Virus record (IMG/VR): IMGVR_UViG_3300032829_000001
DNA: 64,000 nt
Direction: 5' to 3' (one strand)
Origin: an uncultured virus (IMG/VR IMGVR_UViG_3300032829_000001)
Taxonomy: Duplodnaviria; Heunggongvirae; Uroviricota; Caudoviricetes
Below are positions 15,218 to 24,883 of this stretch, piece by piece. The position numbers and the translations under genes were made by a program. Position 1 is the stretch's first letter. Each line of letters opens with the position of its first letter. The notes under the pieces were generated by a model. The model saw nothing but the letters and a program-made list of their open reading frames with translations, had not been told where the DNA came from and did not search any database.

Positions 15218-15278
15218 GCCGGCGCGAGCAGCAGGACGACGCTCGCGCCGGCTCATCTTCTTCGCTCTTTTCTCTTTC
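15218..15278 (+). terminator. putative terminator or stabilising hairpin after SSB-like gene
   Basis: perfect 12-bp stem GCCGGCGCGAGC/GCTCGCGCCGGC followed by pyrimidine-rich tract. Confidence 0.6.
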
Positions 15279-15291
15279 CGGAGGACGACCT

Positions 15292-16215
15292 GTGAGCTAC
15301 TTGATTTTCGACATCGAGACGATCCCAGACCTGAGTGTGTGGACGCCACCACCGGTCGAGACACCCGACCAGGCCCCGCCCGCCGACGCGCCTCTTCCCG
15401 GCCAGCTCCAGCTCGTTGGAGCCCCGGCGCCTGCCGGTCCCATTGGCGCTCCGCCGGCCGAGCCGGGCGCGCCGCCGCCCGCCGATGGCGGCATCGTGAT
15501 CCCGCCGATGAGCGCGCCGAAGAAGTCGCGCTCGCGCAAGAAGGCCGCCGCGCCGGGCGAGCCGCCGAAGGAACCGTTCCCGCCCCACTACGCCCACCGG
15601 GTCATCGCGATCGGCTGGACGTGGCTGGAGCTGGACGCGGGCGCCGCCGAGGTCAAGGGGATCGGCTGCGTCGGCACGAGCGTCTTCAAGGACGACGAGG
15701 GCTCGCTCATCACGGCGTGGGACGACTTCGTGCGGAGGGAGAGCCCCACGATCGTGACCTTCGCCGGGCGGGGATTCGACGTGCCGGTGCTGAGCCTGCG
15801 CGCGTTCCGCCACGGAGTCTCGCAGGCGTGGGCGGACAGGGAGTACCGGCACCGTTACAGTGAGCGCCACCTCGATCTCTTCGAGCAGCTCACCGAGTAC
15901 GGGATCCTGCCCCGTACCGGATTCTCGCTCGACACGTTCGCGCAGCTCATGGGGCTGCCGGGCAAGATGGGGGTCGACGGCAGCCAGGTCAAGGCGCTCT
16001 GGACGGCCGGCGAGATCGGGAAGATCGAAGCCTACTGCGCGTGTGACGCCGTGCGGACCGCGTTCGTGCTCCTGCGGTTCCTGCTCATTCGCGGCCGCAT
16101 CAGCAAGGCCCAGTACGTGACGGCGGCCCGCAGTCTGCTCGAAACGAGCAACGGGATGGGACTCGGCGCGATCACCTTCGGCGTCGACGCGAAGAGACTC
16201 CTGCTGGAGGGGTAG
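15292..16215 (+). CDS. PolB-related 3'-5' exonuclease (DEDD)
   Basis: IFDIET, TFAGRGFDVP, HLDL, YCACDAV motifs; Pro-rich insertion. Confidence 0.85.
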   Translation: MSYLIFDIETIPDLSVWTPPPVETPDQAPPADAPLPGQLQLVGAPAPAGPIGAPPAEPGAPPPADGGIVIPPMSAPKKSRSRKKAAAPGEPPKEPFPPHYAHRVIAIGWTWLELDAGAAEVKGIGCVGTSVFKDDEGSLITAWDDFVRRESPTIVTFAGRGFDVPVLSLRAFRHGVSQAWADREYRHRYSERHLDLFEQLTEYGILPRTGFSLDTFAQLMGLPGKMGVDGSQVKALWTAGEIGKIEAYCACDAVRTAFVLLRFLLIRGRISKAQYVTAARSLLETSNGMGLGAITFGVDAKRLLLEG

Positions 16216-16217
16216 CG

Positions 16218-16427
16218 GTGGGCGTTCCAGCGTATCGGGCTTCGGCCATTCAGCTCCTGCGCAAGGCGGGCGAAGTGCTCGCGGGCACCCGGCAGGAGCT
16301 GTCCGCGGCGCTCCTGGCGAAGGCCGACAAGATGGAGCGGATCAAGCGCGAGGAATCTGAACGCTGCGCGCAGGGACACCGGATGGGGTGTGCCTGTGTC
16401 GTTCTAGCCGCGATCGACGAAGCGTGA
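16218..16427 (+). CDS. hypothetical protein
   Basis: short ORF with GGAGG RBS. Confidence 0.5.
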   Translation: MGVPAYRASAIQLLRKAGEVLAGTRQELSAALLAKADKMERIKREESERCAQGHRMGCACVVLAAIDEA

Positions 16428-16560
16428 GGCGCAAGCTCTACATAGTGCTCCCGCTCGTGGCGTGCGCGCTGGTGCTCGCGTGGCCGTGGTCCCGGCCGTC
16501 GACTGAGCGGCTGGCGTTCGCGTTCGGCGTGCTGTGCGTGTGCGCGAGGATCGTGCTGCA

Positions 16561-16860
16561 ATGACGAGAAGGCATCTACTGCCCGCCTCGATAACTGAGA
16601 TCGCTCTACGGCTCGGCTGCAGCCGTCAGGTGATCGATGGGCGATTGCGTCTGGGCTGGCCGATTAGCCGTGTCATCACTGAGCCTGTCCTCTTCGCCGT
16701 ACCGCTGTTCCGCCGGGAGGGGAAGTGCCGAAACGGTCACGATCTGACCGATTCCAAGAATCAGCTCAAATTCAAGAGCGAGCCCAAGAAGGTTCGGTGC
16801 CGACGTTGCCGAGACAAGGCGCGTGCGCTTCGTCGCGCTAGAAGGAGCCGGGCTGAATGA
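16561..16860 (+). CDS. small DNA-binding protein (HTH plus CxxGH...CxxC), possibly endonuclease remnant
   Basis: ITEIALRLG...RLRLGW; CRNGH...RCRRC. Confidence 0.55.
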   Translation: MTRRHLLPASITEIALRLGCSRQVIDGRLRLGWPISRVITEPVLFAVPLFRREGKCRNGHDLTDSKNQLKFKSEPKKVRCRRCRDKARALRRARRSRAE

Positions 16861-19301
16861 CCGTCGCGCTTCCGGTCGTGCAGCCCGAGCCGCAGCACCA
16901 CGCCGCGATGGCGATGGGCGCGAACTGCGCCGCCTGTCCGCTCGTCAACACGCATAGAGGTCCGGTCCCCTCGACGCGGCCGGGACACGCGACGTTCGGG
17001 GTCGTCGCCGAGGCGCCCGGCGCCAGCGAGGTCGCTCAAGGCCAGGTGCTGGTCGGGGCTTCCGGGCGCGAGATCAGAGGCGCGCTCAGCAACGCGGGCG
17101 TCGACACGAGCCGAGTGGCGTTCATGAACGCGCTTAGCTGCCAGCCGCCGGGCGACCTCAAGGCGTACCTGCGCCAGTGCAAGAAGCAGGGGCTCCCCTC
17201 CCCCATCGATATGTGCCGGCCACGTCTCGACCGCGAGCTGCAGGGCCTGCAGTACGTCGTGCTGATGGGCGGCGCAAGCCTGGCCGCGGTGGGCCTCAAG
17301 CACAGCGTGATGCAGGTGCGGGGTACGCCACTGACCCTGCCGAACGGCACGCCGGGGATGGCCATCCCGCACGCTGCGTTCGTGCTGCGTGACGAGGGCC
17401 GGACGTTCCGGCCGCTCTTCCACGCCGACGTCAACAAGGCGGTGCGGCTCTCGCGCGGCGGGAACACCTGGAAGGACCCGTGGTACTTCGTGCCCAAGAG
17501 CGCGGCCGAGGTCGAGAACTTCCTGCAGGCCCAACAGGACCGCACGGCCGTGGACGTCGAGACCGACGGCGTCGACACCTGGACGTGCAACCTGCGGCGC
17601 ATCGGCATCGGCAACAACCGCGAGGTGATGATCTACTCGCCGTTGTCCGTGCACGGGCAGTGGATGCTGAGGCGCGACGAGATCATCGGGCAGGCCCGCG
17701 CGATCGCCAACTACTTCCAGCGCGCGCCGCGGCTCGACACGCACAACGGTGTGGTGTTCGACTCGGTCGTGCTCTACCGGCATGGAATGCCGATGCCAGA
17801 CGATAAGATCGTCGACAGTCTCATAGGGCACCAAATCGGGCAGACCTCTGAGCTGCCGCACGGCTTGGACTTCCTCGCGAGCATCTACACGGACGCCCCG
17901 CGCTGGAAGGACGATGTGAAGCACTCGAACGTTCGCGACGACGGTGTGCTCGACCGCTACCTCTCGTTCGACATCGCGACCACGTGGAGCTGTGTGCCGT
18001 ACGTCGAGCAGAACCTCATCTCGGCGCAGCAGATGCCGATCTACACGCTCGACAAGGAGCTGTTCCAGATTGGGCGGAGCATGTCCGCGCTGGGCCTCTA
18101 CGTGGACCAGGCCGCCCGACTGAAGTTCGCGGGCGAGTACCAGGAGAAGGCCGACCGGCTGCGCAAGGAGCTGACCGACGTCGCCGGGCGGGACGTGAAC
18201 CCGAACTCGCCACCGCAGATCCGGAACCTGCTCTATCACGACCTCGGACTGCCGGCGCTCGAAGAGCACGTGACCGACAGCGGCGATCCGTCGACGGACG
18301 AGAACACGCTACTGGACCTGCTCTCGCTGGGCGTCGACGAGCGTGCGCGGAAGGTGATCCACGGCATCCTCGGCTGCCGCGAGGCGGAGAAGATCCTCGG
18401 GACGTATACCGGGCACGTCGTCGACGGGCGCCTGGAGGGCGGACCTCTCATCCACAGCGACGGCTGCGTGCGGCCGGTCTGGCGCCCAGGCAAGCGCTCG
18501 GGCCGCTGGGGCTCGAACGACCCGAACGCCCAGAACATCGGCAAGAAGCTGCGCGCGATGTACGTGGCCAAGCCCGGCAACGTGCTGGTCGCGGCCGACA
18601 TGCAGGCCGTAGAGCTGCGCATGATCGCATGGCTCGCGAACGACGCGCCGCTGATCGAGGCGTTCCGCGCCTTCGACGCCGGCACCGGGCCCGACGTGCA
18701 CATCGCGAACGCCTGCACCGTGTTCAAGTGCACGCCCGATCAGGTGAAGGATGAGATCCGCACCTTCATCAAGCGCTTCGTGTACGCGCTCAACTACGAC
18801 GCTGAGCCCCCCAAGATCTATCAGACGCTATCGCTGCTCCGCGACGACAACCTGCGGCCGATGTTCCCAGACATCACATTGGCGGCGGTCGAGCGGCTCT
18901 ACACGCTGTGGTGGCAGCTCCACCCCGCCATCCCCGAGTGGAAGAAGAAGCTCATCTACGGCTGGCGCAGCACGGGAGCCATCGCCACGCGCCTCGGAGG
19001 CCGGAAGCGCTTCTTCGTGGGCGGCGAGAAGCCGACGGAGATGCCGAACCATGACGTGCAGGGCTCAAGTGCGACGATGCAGAACGAGGCGATCAAGGCG
19101 CTGGTCGCGTCCTACCCGTTCGACTTCACGAACCACCGCGGGCTGCTCGTGAATGGTCACGATCAGCTCGTCGTCGAGTGTGCCGAGCGCGAGGCCGAGG
19201 ACGTGAAGAGGCTCGTGCGCTACTGCATGGAGAGGACGCTCGGGCCGATGAAGTTCCCGGCCGAACCCAAGGCAGGCCCCAACTGGAAGGTCGTTTCGTG
19301 A
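16857..19301 (+). CDS. polA: family A DNA polymerase with N-terminal family-4 uracil-DNA glycosylase domain and 3'-5' exonuclease
   Basis: CxxCPL, AEAPG, CQPP, HAAFVLR (UDG); DVET, HNGVFD, YLSFD (exo); DMQAVELR, KRFVYALNY, HDQL (pol motifs A-C). Confidence 0.9.
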   Translation: MTVALPVVQPEPQHHAAMAMGANCAACPLVNTHRGPVPSTRPGHATFGVVAEAPGASEVAQGQVLVGASGREIRGALSNAGVDTSRVAFMNALSCQPPGDLKAYLRQCKKQGLPSPIDMCRPRLDRELQGLQYVVLMGGASLAAVGLKHSVMQVRGTPLTLPNGTPGMAIPHAAFVLRDEGRTFRPLFHADVNKAVRLSRGGNTWKDPWYFVPKSAAEVENFLQAQQDRTAVDVETDGVDTWTCNLRRIGIGNNREVMIYSPLSVHGQWMLRRDEIIGQARAIANYFQRAPRLDTHNGVVFDSVVLYRHGMPMPDDKIVDSLIGHQIGQTSELPHGLDFLASIYTDAPRWKDDVKHSNVRDDGVLDRYLSFDIATTWSCVPYVEQNLISAQQMPIYTLDKELFQIGRSMSALGLYVDQAARLKFAGEYQEKADRLRKELTDVAGRDVNPNSPPQIRNLLYHDLGLPALEEHVTDSGDPSTDENTLLDLLSLGVDERARKVIHGILGCREAEKILGTYTGHVVDGRLEGGPLIHSDGCVRPVWRPGKRSGRWGSNDPNAQNIGKKLRAMYVAKPGNVLVAADMQAVELRMIAWLANDAPLIEAFRAFDAGTGPDVHIANACTVFKCTPDQVKDEIRTFIKRFVYALNYDAEPPKIYQTLSLLRDDNLRPMFPDITLAAVERLYTLWWQLHPAIPEWKKKLIYGWRSTGAIATRLGGRKRFFVGGEKPTEMPNHDVQGSSATMQNEAIKALVASYPFDFTNHRGLLVNGHDQLVVECAEREAEDVKRLVRYCMERTLGPMKFPAEPKAGPNWKVVS

Positions 19302-19636
19302 GCCGTCGTCAGTGCGCGAAGTGCCCGTGGCGCGTCGATGTCGATCCGAACGATATCCCCAACGGCTACTGCGCGACCAAGCACGCCAACCTGCGTGACA
19401 CGGTCGCGAGGCCCGGCGAGCTGCGACTTGGGGGCCCGCTGCGGATGATGGCCTGCCACGAGACGATGCCTGGCAAGGAGCTGCCATGCGTGGGCTGGCT
19501 CGCGCACCAACTCGGGCCCGGGAACAACCTGACGCTGCGGCTGCGCGCGATGCGGGACCGATCGCTGACCGACTTCGAGCTGGTCGGCGAGCAGCACGAA
19601 CGGTTCGAAGACACTCTGCCCGAAGAGGAGCGCTGA
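19298..19636 (+). CDS. Cys/His-rich protein (DUF6283-like)
   Basis: CAKCPWRVD...MACH...CVGWL. Confidence 0.6.
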   Translation: MSRRQCAKCPWRVDVDPNDIPNGYCATKHANLRDTVARPGELRLGGPLRMMACHETMPGKELPCVGWLAHQLGPGNNLTLRLRAMRDRSLTDFELVGEQHERFEDTLPEEER

Positions 19637-19869
19637 TGCCGATTGTCCGAGACATCCAATTTCCGGCGTTGCCGATCGACCTGCCGGAGTTCCTCGCGGC
19701 GATCGAGGAGGCGTACATCCACGAGGCGCTGACGAGCACGGACAACAAGAAGGACGCAGCCGCGCTCATCGGGCTGAGGCGGACCACGCTCGTCGAGAAG
19801 TTGAAGAGGCGCGGGACGGTCTCGCGCCGAAACACCGGTCGATCTGGCCGGCATCTAGGAGGCATCTGA
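19636..19869 (+). CDS. Fis-family HTH protein
   Basis: IEEAYIHEAL...NKKDAAALIGLRRTTLVEKLKR. Confidence 0.85.
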   Translation: MPIVRDIQFPALPIDLPEFLAAIEEAYIHEALTSTDNKKDAAALIGLRRTTLVEKLKRRGTVSRRNTGRSGRHLGGI

Positions 19870-20123
19870 TGGCCATCGTCACCCGGCCCGCGACGAAAGA
19901 GTACCGCGACAACTTCGACGCCACGTTCGGGAAGAAGAGAGATAGCCCGAAATCAGCCGCGCTGCTGTCCGACGGAGAAATCGCAGCCGAACTCGCCGAC
20001 CTCGGGAAGAAGTGGGACGCGTTCACGGCCAGCGACGATGAGGGCCACGGTGGGTCGCCAGGCGAGTGGATGGTCGAGCGGATGGACGAGCTGGAGACCG
20101 AGCAGAAGCGGCGCGCGCGATGA
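19869..20123 (+). CDS. hypothetical protein
   Basis: coupled ORF, EYRDNFDATFGKK. Confidence 0.65.
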   Translation: MAIVTRPATKEYRDNFDATFGKKRDSPKSAALLSDGEIAAELADLGKKWDAFTASDDEGHGGSPGEWMVERMDELETEQKRRAR

Positions 20124-20455
20124 ACCACACCTGCCACGCCCACGGCTGTGAGACGCGCATCTCACCGCGCCTCTTCGCCTGCCGTGTGCACTGGTTCAGG
20201 CTGCGCAAACCGCTGCAGGACGCGATCTGGAACGAGTACCGTGTGGGGCAGGAGAAGACGAAGGACCCGTCGCCGCGGTACATGGCCGTGCAGCGCCGGG
20301 CGGTCGCCGAGCTGGCGTTTAAGCCCAACGACGAAGAGGCCGCGCGCATCGCCGCCACGTACCTCTGGGAGAGCGAGAAGTGGCGGCGGGTCGCCATCGA
20401 GATGGGGCAGGGCGATCCGTTGGAAGGAATCGAAGAAGGGAGCCCGATGCAATGA
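20120..20455 (+). CDS. hypothetical Zn-binding protein
   Basis: HTCHAHGC...ACRVHW. Confidence 0.65.
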   Translation: MNHTCHAHGCETRISPRLFACRVHWFRLRKPLQDAIWNEYRVGQEKTKDPSPRYMAVQRRAVAELAFKPNDEEAARIAATYLWESEKWRRVAIEMGQGDPLEGIEEGSPMQ

Positions 20456-20898
20456 CACCGGCGTACATCGGAACGCACATCGAACGAATTGCTGGCCTCG
20501 CGTGGTGCGGCGCGAAGATCGCAGCGGAGGAGTGGCGCGTGATCAGGGGCGAACGCGACTCGTTCTACGCTCGCACGACTGCTCCTAAGACAAGCCTTCC
20601 ACCGGAACAAGCACTCTGCGGTGCCTGCAACGCGCAGGCGCCGTTCCTGGTAGGGCAGACAGCCCAGACACCGTTCCTGGTAGAACAGGCTCTGCAGGTC
20701 GACTTCGACCTCACGATCGGGCGCCTCGACAACGTGTTGTCGAAGCTCGTGAACTGGGGGCGCGGGCACGAGCATCTCGACGTCGCCAACAAGCAGACGC
20801 TCAAGCACCACGCCGAGGACATGATCGCCGCGGGGCAGAAGATCCTGAAGGACTTGGGCGCGGTCGAAGGGCTGCCCCAGCCGGGAGGTACGTCGTGA
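20452..20898 (+). CDS. hypothetical protein
   Basis: coupled ORF. Confidence 0.6.
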   Translation: MTPAYIGTHIERIAGLAWCGAKIAAEEWRVIRGERDSFYARTTAPKTSLPPEQALCGACNAQAPFLVGQTAQTPFLVEQALQVDFDLTIGRLDNVLSKLVNWGRGHEHLDVANKQTLKHHAEDMIAAGQKILKDLGAVEGLPQPGGTS

Positions 20899-21251
20899 GC
20901 GCGCCGACGAAACCGGAACACAAGATCATCTGCGAGGCGCTCGCGGCGCACGAGGTGTTCCGCAGGCTGGGCTTTACCCCGGACGAGATCTTCATCCACC
21001 CGCACTCGGACGAGCTGTTCGTAGTGGTGAAGCGCGCCGCGCTGATGTTCAGTCTCACCCTCGGCAAGCACGACATCAACGACGTCAACAGCGTCATCGA
21101 GAAGTGGACAGCGGCGGCCGACTGGTGGAACACCGGCCCGGAGCCCGAGCGCCGCGAGCTGTTCGACCGATCCGAGGTTCGGAAGAACGTCGTCATGATC
21201 ATCGCCGCGATGCAGGCCAAGGGCTTCGCGGTGCACAGGAGCGACGCCTGA
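20895..21251 (+). CDS. hypothetical protein
   Basis: GGAGG RBS, GTGA overlap. Confidence 0.65.
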   Translation: MSAPTKPEHKIICEALAAHEVFRRLGFTPDEIFIHPHSDELFVVVKRAALMFSLTLGKHDINDVNSVIEKWTAAADWWNTGPEPERRELFDRSEVRKNVVMIIAAMQAKGFAVHRSDA

Positions 21252-21697
21252 TGGCGTACGTCAACACCTACGTCTGCGACTTCGACAAGTGCCGCTCGCT
21301 TGCTGATGCCGCGTGCGTCTTCTGCGAGAAGCACGGCTGCTACAAGCACTTGCCCAAAGCGATTCGCGTGGCGTTCGAATACGCAGAAGGGTTCCTTGCT
21401 CAGCCGGCGCTGCCGCTGCCGGGAATTGCCGTGCACGACGTGACGGCTCCGATTCTGCTTTTCGGAGAACGCGAACGCCTCAAAAGAGACGGCAAAGCGG
21501 AGGATTTCCCTATTGCGCGCGAGTTCTGTGAGCAACTGGCCTGTGATGAGTGCTGTGCAGAAATCGGAACGCTCACGTTTCCGTATCGTGAGGCCGGGGG
21601 CGATGCTGCGATACGAGCGGCGCTTCACACGTTCATTTCGACATTGCGGGCCGCGTTTTCGACGAGGCGGCTCACTGAAAGCGAGACGAACTCATGA
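21251..21697 (+). CDS. hypothetical Cys-rich protein
   Basis: CxxxxC..CxxC..CxxH motifs; TGATG coupling. Confidence 0.6.
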   Translation: MAYVNTYVCDFDKCRSLADAACVFCEKHGCYKHLPKAIRVAFEYAEGFLAQPALPLPGIAVHDVTAPILLFGERERLKRDGKAEDFPIAREFCEQLACDECCAEIGTLTFPYREAGGDAAIRAALHTFISTLRAAFSTRRLTESETNS

Positions 21698-22248
21698 CCA
21701 CTCGAACCATCGCTTGCATCGGCTCCCGCGTCACCCCCGCGCCGATCCTGTCGTGGATGGAGGAGACGGCTGCCAAGCTCGTGCGGCTCGGCTACCTCAT
21801 CGCGTCGGGGAACGCTCCCGGCGCCGATCAGGCGTGGGCGCGTGGCGCGAACTCGGTCAACCCCAAGGCCGTCACGCTCTTTCTGCCGGAGGACAGCTTC
21901 GAGCGTGCGGCCGTGCACCCCGACAACAACGTGCACGTGTTCGATCCCGGGACCGACCAGAAGTACGTCGAGGCTGCGGCCCGCGGCGCGTCGATGCGCG
22001 GGACGAAGACCCGGATCGCACTGCTCGCCCGCAACGCGATGATCGTCGAGGACGTGCACTGCGTGCTGGGCTACCTGGGCGCGGGGGGCGGGGGCACGAT
22101 GCACGCGTTCGGCGTCGCCCAGCGCGCTGACATCATCACGATGAACGTCGGGGATGCGCTGGTGCGCGCCGGCATCGACAAGCGCCTCGCGGCGGGCGAG
22201 GACGTGCGCGGCAAGGTCTACGAAGTGACGAGAGGAAGGCGCTGGTGA
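21694..22248 (+). CDS. SLOG/DprA-like Rossmann-fold protein
   Basis: IACIGSR, SGNAPGADQAW, LARN..IV, GGGT motifs. Confidence 0.75.
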   Translation: MTTRTIACIGSRVTPAPILSWMEETAAKLVRLGYLIASGNAPGADQAWARGANSVNPKAVTLFLPEDSFERAAVHPDNNVHVFDPGTDQKYVEAAARGASMRGTKTRIALLARNAMIVEDVHCVLGYLGAGGGGTMHAFGVAQRADIITMNVGDALVRAGIDKRLAAGEDVRGKVYEVTRGRRW

Positions 22249-23846
22249 CTGCTCAACAAGTACCGGTCTCGACGAACTGCGCCGCCTGTGGCATGGCCCT
22301 GCGCGATCTGACTGACGCGCAGACGGGGCTCGATCAGCAGTGCCGCGCGATGTACGGCTACCGGCGCATCTCGGCGTTGCCGACCGCCGAGCGGGCCGAG
22401 CTGAACACGCTCGTTCACACGCTCGGGCAGGACACACTCCGAGGAACTGAGCTTCGCGACGCCATCTTTCGTGTGTGCGCGCTGGGCTTCTCCGACCTCG
22501 GCCAGCGCATCGAGCGGCGTGTCGGCGCCGCGACCGTCGAAGTCGTCGCCCCTCCCCCGCCTCCCGCGCCCGAGCCTCCGCCGCCCCCGCCAGCACCGAG
22601 CTACACGCTCACGCAGGGGCAAGAGCGCGCGATGGGGGCTGTCGGGCGTCTCATGAACTCAGGCAACCACGGGTGCGCCGTGATCGTCGGGTTCGCCGGC
22701 ACCGGCAAGACGTTCCTGGCTGGCGTCATCGCCAAGGAGTACAAGCCGCCCGTCATCATCACGCCGACCGGCAAGGCCGCGCTCCGCGTGCGCCAGGCGA
22801 CCGGACTACCTGCCCGCACGATTCACTCTTGGCTGTACCACGCGATCCCTGATGAGAAGACGGGCTCCATCAAGTTCATGCGGCGGGCGAGCGACGACAT
22901 CGAGATCCCGGAGTCGCGGCTCGTCCTACTGGACGAAGGGTCGATGGTCGGACCGGAGATCTGGCGGGACGTCTACAGCGTCTGCGAGCAGAACGACCTG
23001 CGTCTCGTGATCATCGGCGATGGCTTCCAGCTCCCGCCGGTGCAGCGGTCGGACGCCCCGCCCTTCTCGGTGCTCACGCCGGAGTTCGCGCACGAGCTGG
23101 GCGCCGAGCGCGTGGAGATGACGGAGATTCTGCGGCAGGCACAGGACTCGCCCGTCATCCGCGCGTCGATGCTGCTGCGTGCGGGGCACGGGATCAGCGC
23201 TCTCCGTGACCTGCCCCGCATCACGCGGGACGACTTCGGGCGCGTCGCTTTGGCCGTGCACGCGGAGAACGGGGTAACCATCTGCCACCGGAACGCGACG
23301 CGGTTCCAGCTCAACGCAATGTTTCGTGCCTCCCTCGGGATATACGACGAGATGCCGCAGAAGGGTGAGCCGCTTCTCGTGCTGCGCAACGTTCACGAGG
23401 CGGGCTTGGTGAACGGCGAGTCGTTCAAGTTCAACGGCTGGGAGAAGGAGCCCTCGCAACCGGAGCGAGTCCGTGACCGCTTCAAGCACACGGAGGAGAG
23501 TGGGCGCTTCGGCGGCATCAAGACGCCTGCAGGAGGGTACGCGACGGTCTGCATCGAGGAGATGCATGGGCGCCTGGAGGCCGGGATCGGCGCCATCGCT
23601 GCTGCTGGGAGTGCCTGGGCGCGCCTGGAGAACTTCTTCAACGGCGACAGGGTCGCGAGCCACGTCTCGGCGAACTTCGGCTACGTCTATACGGCTCACA
23701 AATCGCAGGGTAGCTCGTGGCCCCACGTGCTGATCGTCCTGGAGTCATCCGTGCGCCTCGACGAAGAGGACGGCAAGCGCTGGGCGTACGTCGCTGTGAC
23801 CCGTGCCGAGCAGATGGCCGCCGTCTGCACAGACAGGATCGTCTGA
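22245..23846 (+). CDS. Dda/RecD-like SF1B helicase
   Basis: GFAGTGKT, PTGKAA, TIHS, DEGSMV, GDGFQLPPV, TAHKSQGS, YVAVTRA. Confidence 0.9.
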   Translation: MTAQQVPVSTNCAACGMALRDLTDAQTGLDQQCRAMYGYRRISALPTAERAELNTLVHTLGQDTLRGTELRDAIFRVCALGFSDLGQRIERRVGAATVEVVAPPPPPAPEPPPPPPAPSYTLTQGQERAMGAVGRLMNSGNHGCAVIVGFAGTGKTFLAGVIAKEYKPPVIITPTGKAALRVRQATGLPARTIHSWLYHAIPDEKTGSIKFMRRASDDIEIPESRLVLLDEGSMVGPEIWRDVYSVCEQNDLRLVIIGDGFQLPPVQRSDAPPFSVLTPEFAHELGAERVEMTEILRQAQDSPVIRASMLLRAGHGISALRDLPRITRDDFGRVALAVHAENGVTICHRNATRFQLNAMFRASLGIYDEMPQKGEPLLVLRNVHEAGLVNGESFKFNGWEKEPSQPERVRDRFKHTEESGRFGGIKTPAGGYATVCIEEMHGRLEAGIGAIAAAGSAWARLENFFNGDRVASHVSANFGYVYTAHKSQGSSWPHVLIVLESSVRLDEEDGKRWAYVAVTRAEQMAAVCTDRIV

Positions 23847-24883
23847 TGGCCCTCGAAGAGAACTACCGGCACGCGGTGTCGCTCATCTCGCTACTGCACC
23901 CGGCGCCGCACGCACAGGCGCTCATCGAGATCACATCGATGCCGTCGAAGAAGCGTGCGTTCAAGAGCTACTTCTTCTACGCGACGCTCGCCGCCGAGCA
24001 CGCGATGGAGGAGACCGTGAAGGGGCACAGCGTGTTCGTCGGGCTAAATCCCCGCTCGCAGATGTCGGCGTTCGAGACTGACGTGCCTTACGTGAGCACG
24101 ATCGGGCTCGACCTCCAGCCTGAGAAGAACGGCTTCAATGGCGAGGACGCGCTGACCAGGATGCGCGACGAGATGGACCGGCGGTTCACGCTCGGCGGAA
24201 TCTTCCCGACTGCGTGGGCGTGTAGTGGCGGCGGCCTGCACGCGTACTTTCGACTGTCGGAGGCGGCCGAGCCCACCACAGCGAAGACAGTTTGGCAGCG
24301 GCTCTGTCGGTTCACCGGCAGCGATCCAGTGCACAACCCGAACCGTATCTTCCGAGTGCCGGGCACTTACAACTGGAAAAGCCTGCCACCGCGTCCGTGC
24401 TACCTCATGGCGTACCAGCCCGATCAGCTCTACACGATCGAGCAGATCAACGCTGCGCTCGACAAGCTCGGTGCCGGGCCTGCGACGCCGCCGCGGCCGG
24501 GCATTCCTGTGCCGGAAGGCGAGCCCGAGGATCTGATCGACCTGCTGAACCGCCTGCCCGAGGCCGTGCGGTTCGCAATCCAGACGGGCGAGCGGAACCT
24601 GCTCAGCGAGGGGCAGCCGTCGCGCTCGGAGACCGACTGGCTCGTGGTCTGCGCGCTCGTGCGGGCCGGGGTCTCGGACGCGCAGATCGCGCAGATCTAT
24701 GCGACCCAGCCGATCGGCCTTTCGAAATACTACGAGGCCGGGGCGCACTACTTGTCGAAGACCATCGAGTCGGCACGTCGCGCGACCGCAGAGCCTCTCG
24801 ATGTCACTGTGCGGTCGCGATACAGCCGGAAGCTGCCAAGCGGAAGCGCCGCCGACAAATACAGGAACAGGAGACGACGATGA
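23846..24883 (+). CDS. RepB-like (AEP superfamily) DNA primase
   Basis: FVGLNPR, LDLQ, SGGGLHAYF, RIFRVPGTYN, SRSETDW. Confidence 0.8.
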   Translation: MALEENYRHAVSLISLLHPAPHAQALIEITSMPSKKRAFKSYFFYATLAAEHAMEETVKGHSVFVGLNPRSQMSAFETDVPYVSTIGLDLQPEKNGFNGEDALTRMRDEMDRRFTLGGIFPTAWACSGGGLHAYFRLSEAAEPTTAKTVWQRLCRFTGSDPVHNPNRIFRVPGTYNWKSLPPRPCYLMAYQPDQLYTIEQINAALDKLGAGPATPPRPGIPVPEGEPEDLIDLLNRLPEAVRFAIQTGERNLLSEGQPSRSETDWLVVCALVRAGVSDAQIAQIYATQPIGLSKYYEAGAHYLSKTIESARRATAEPLDVTVRSRYSRKLPSGSAADKYRNRRRR

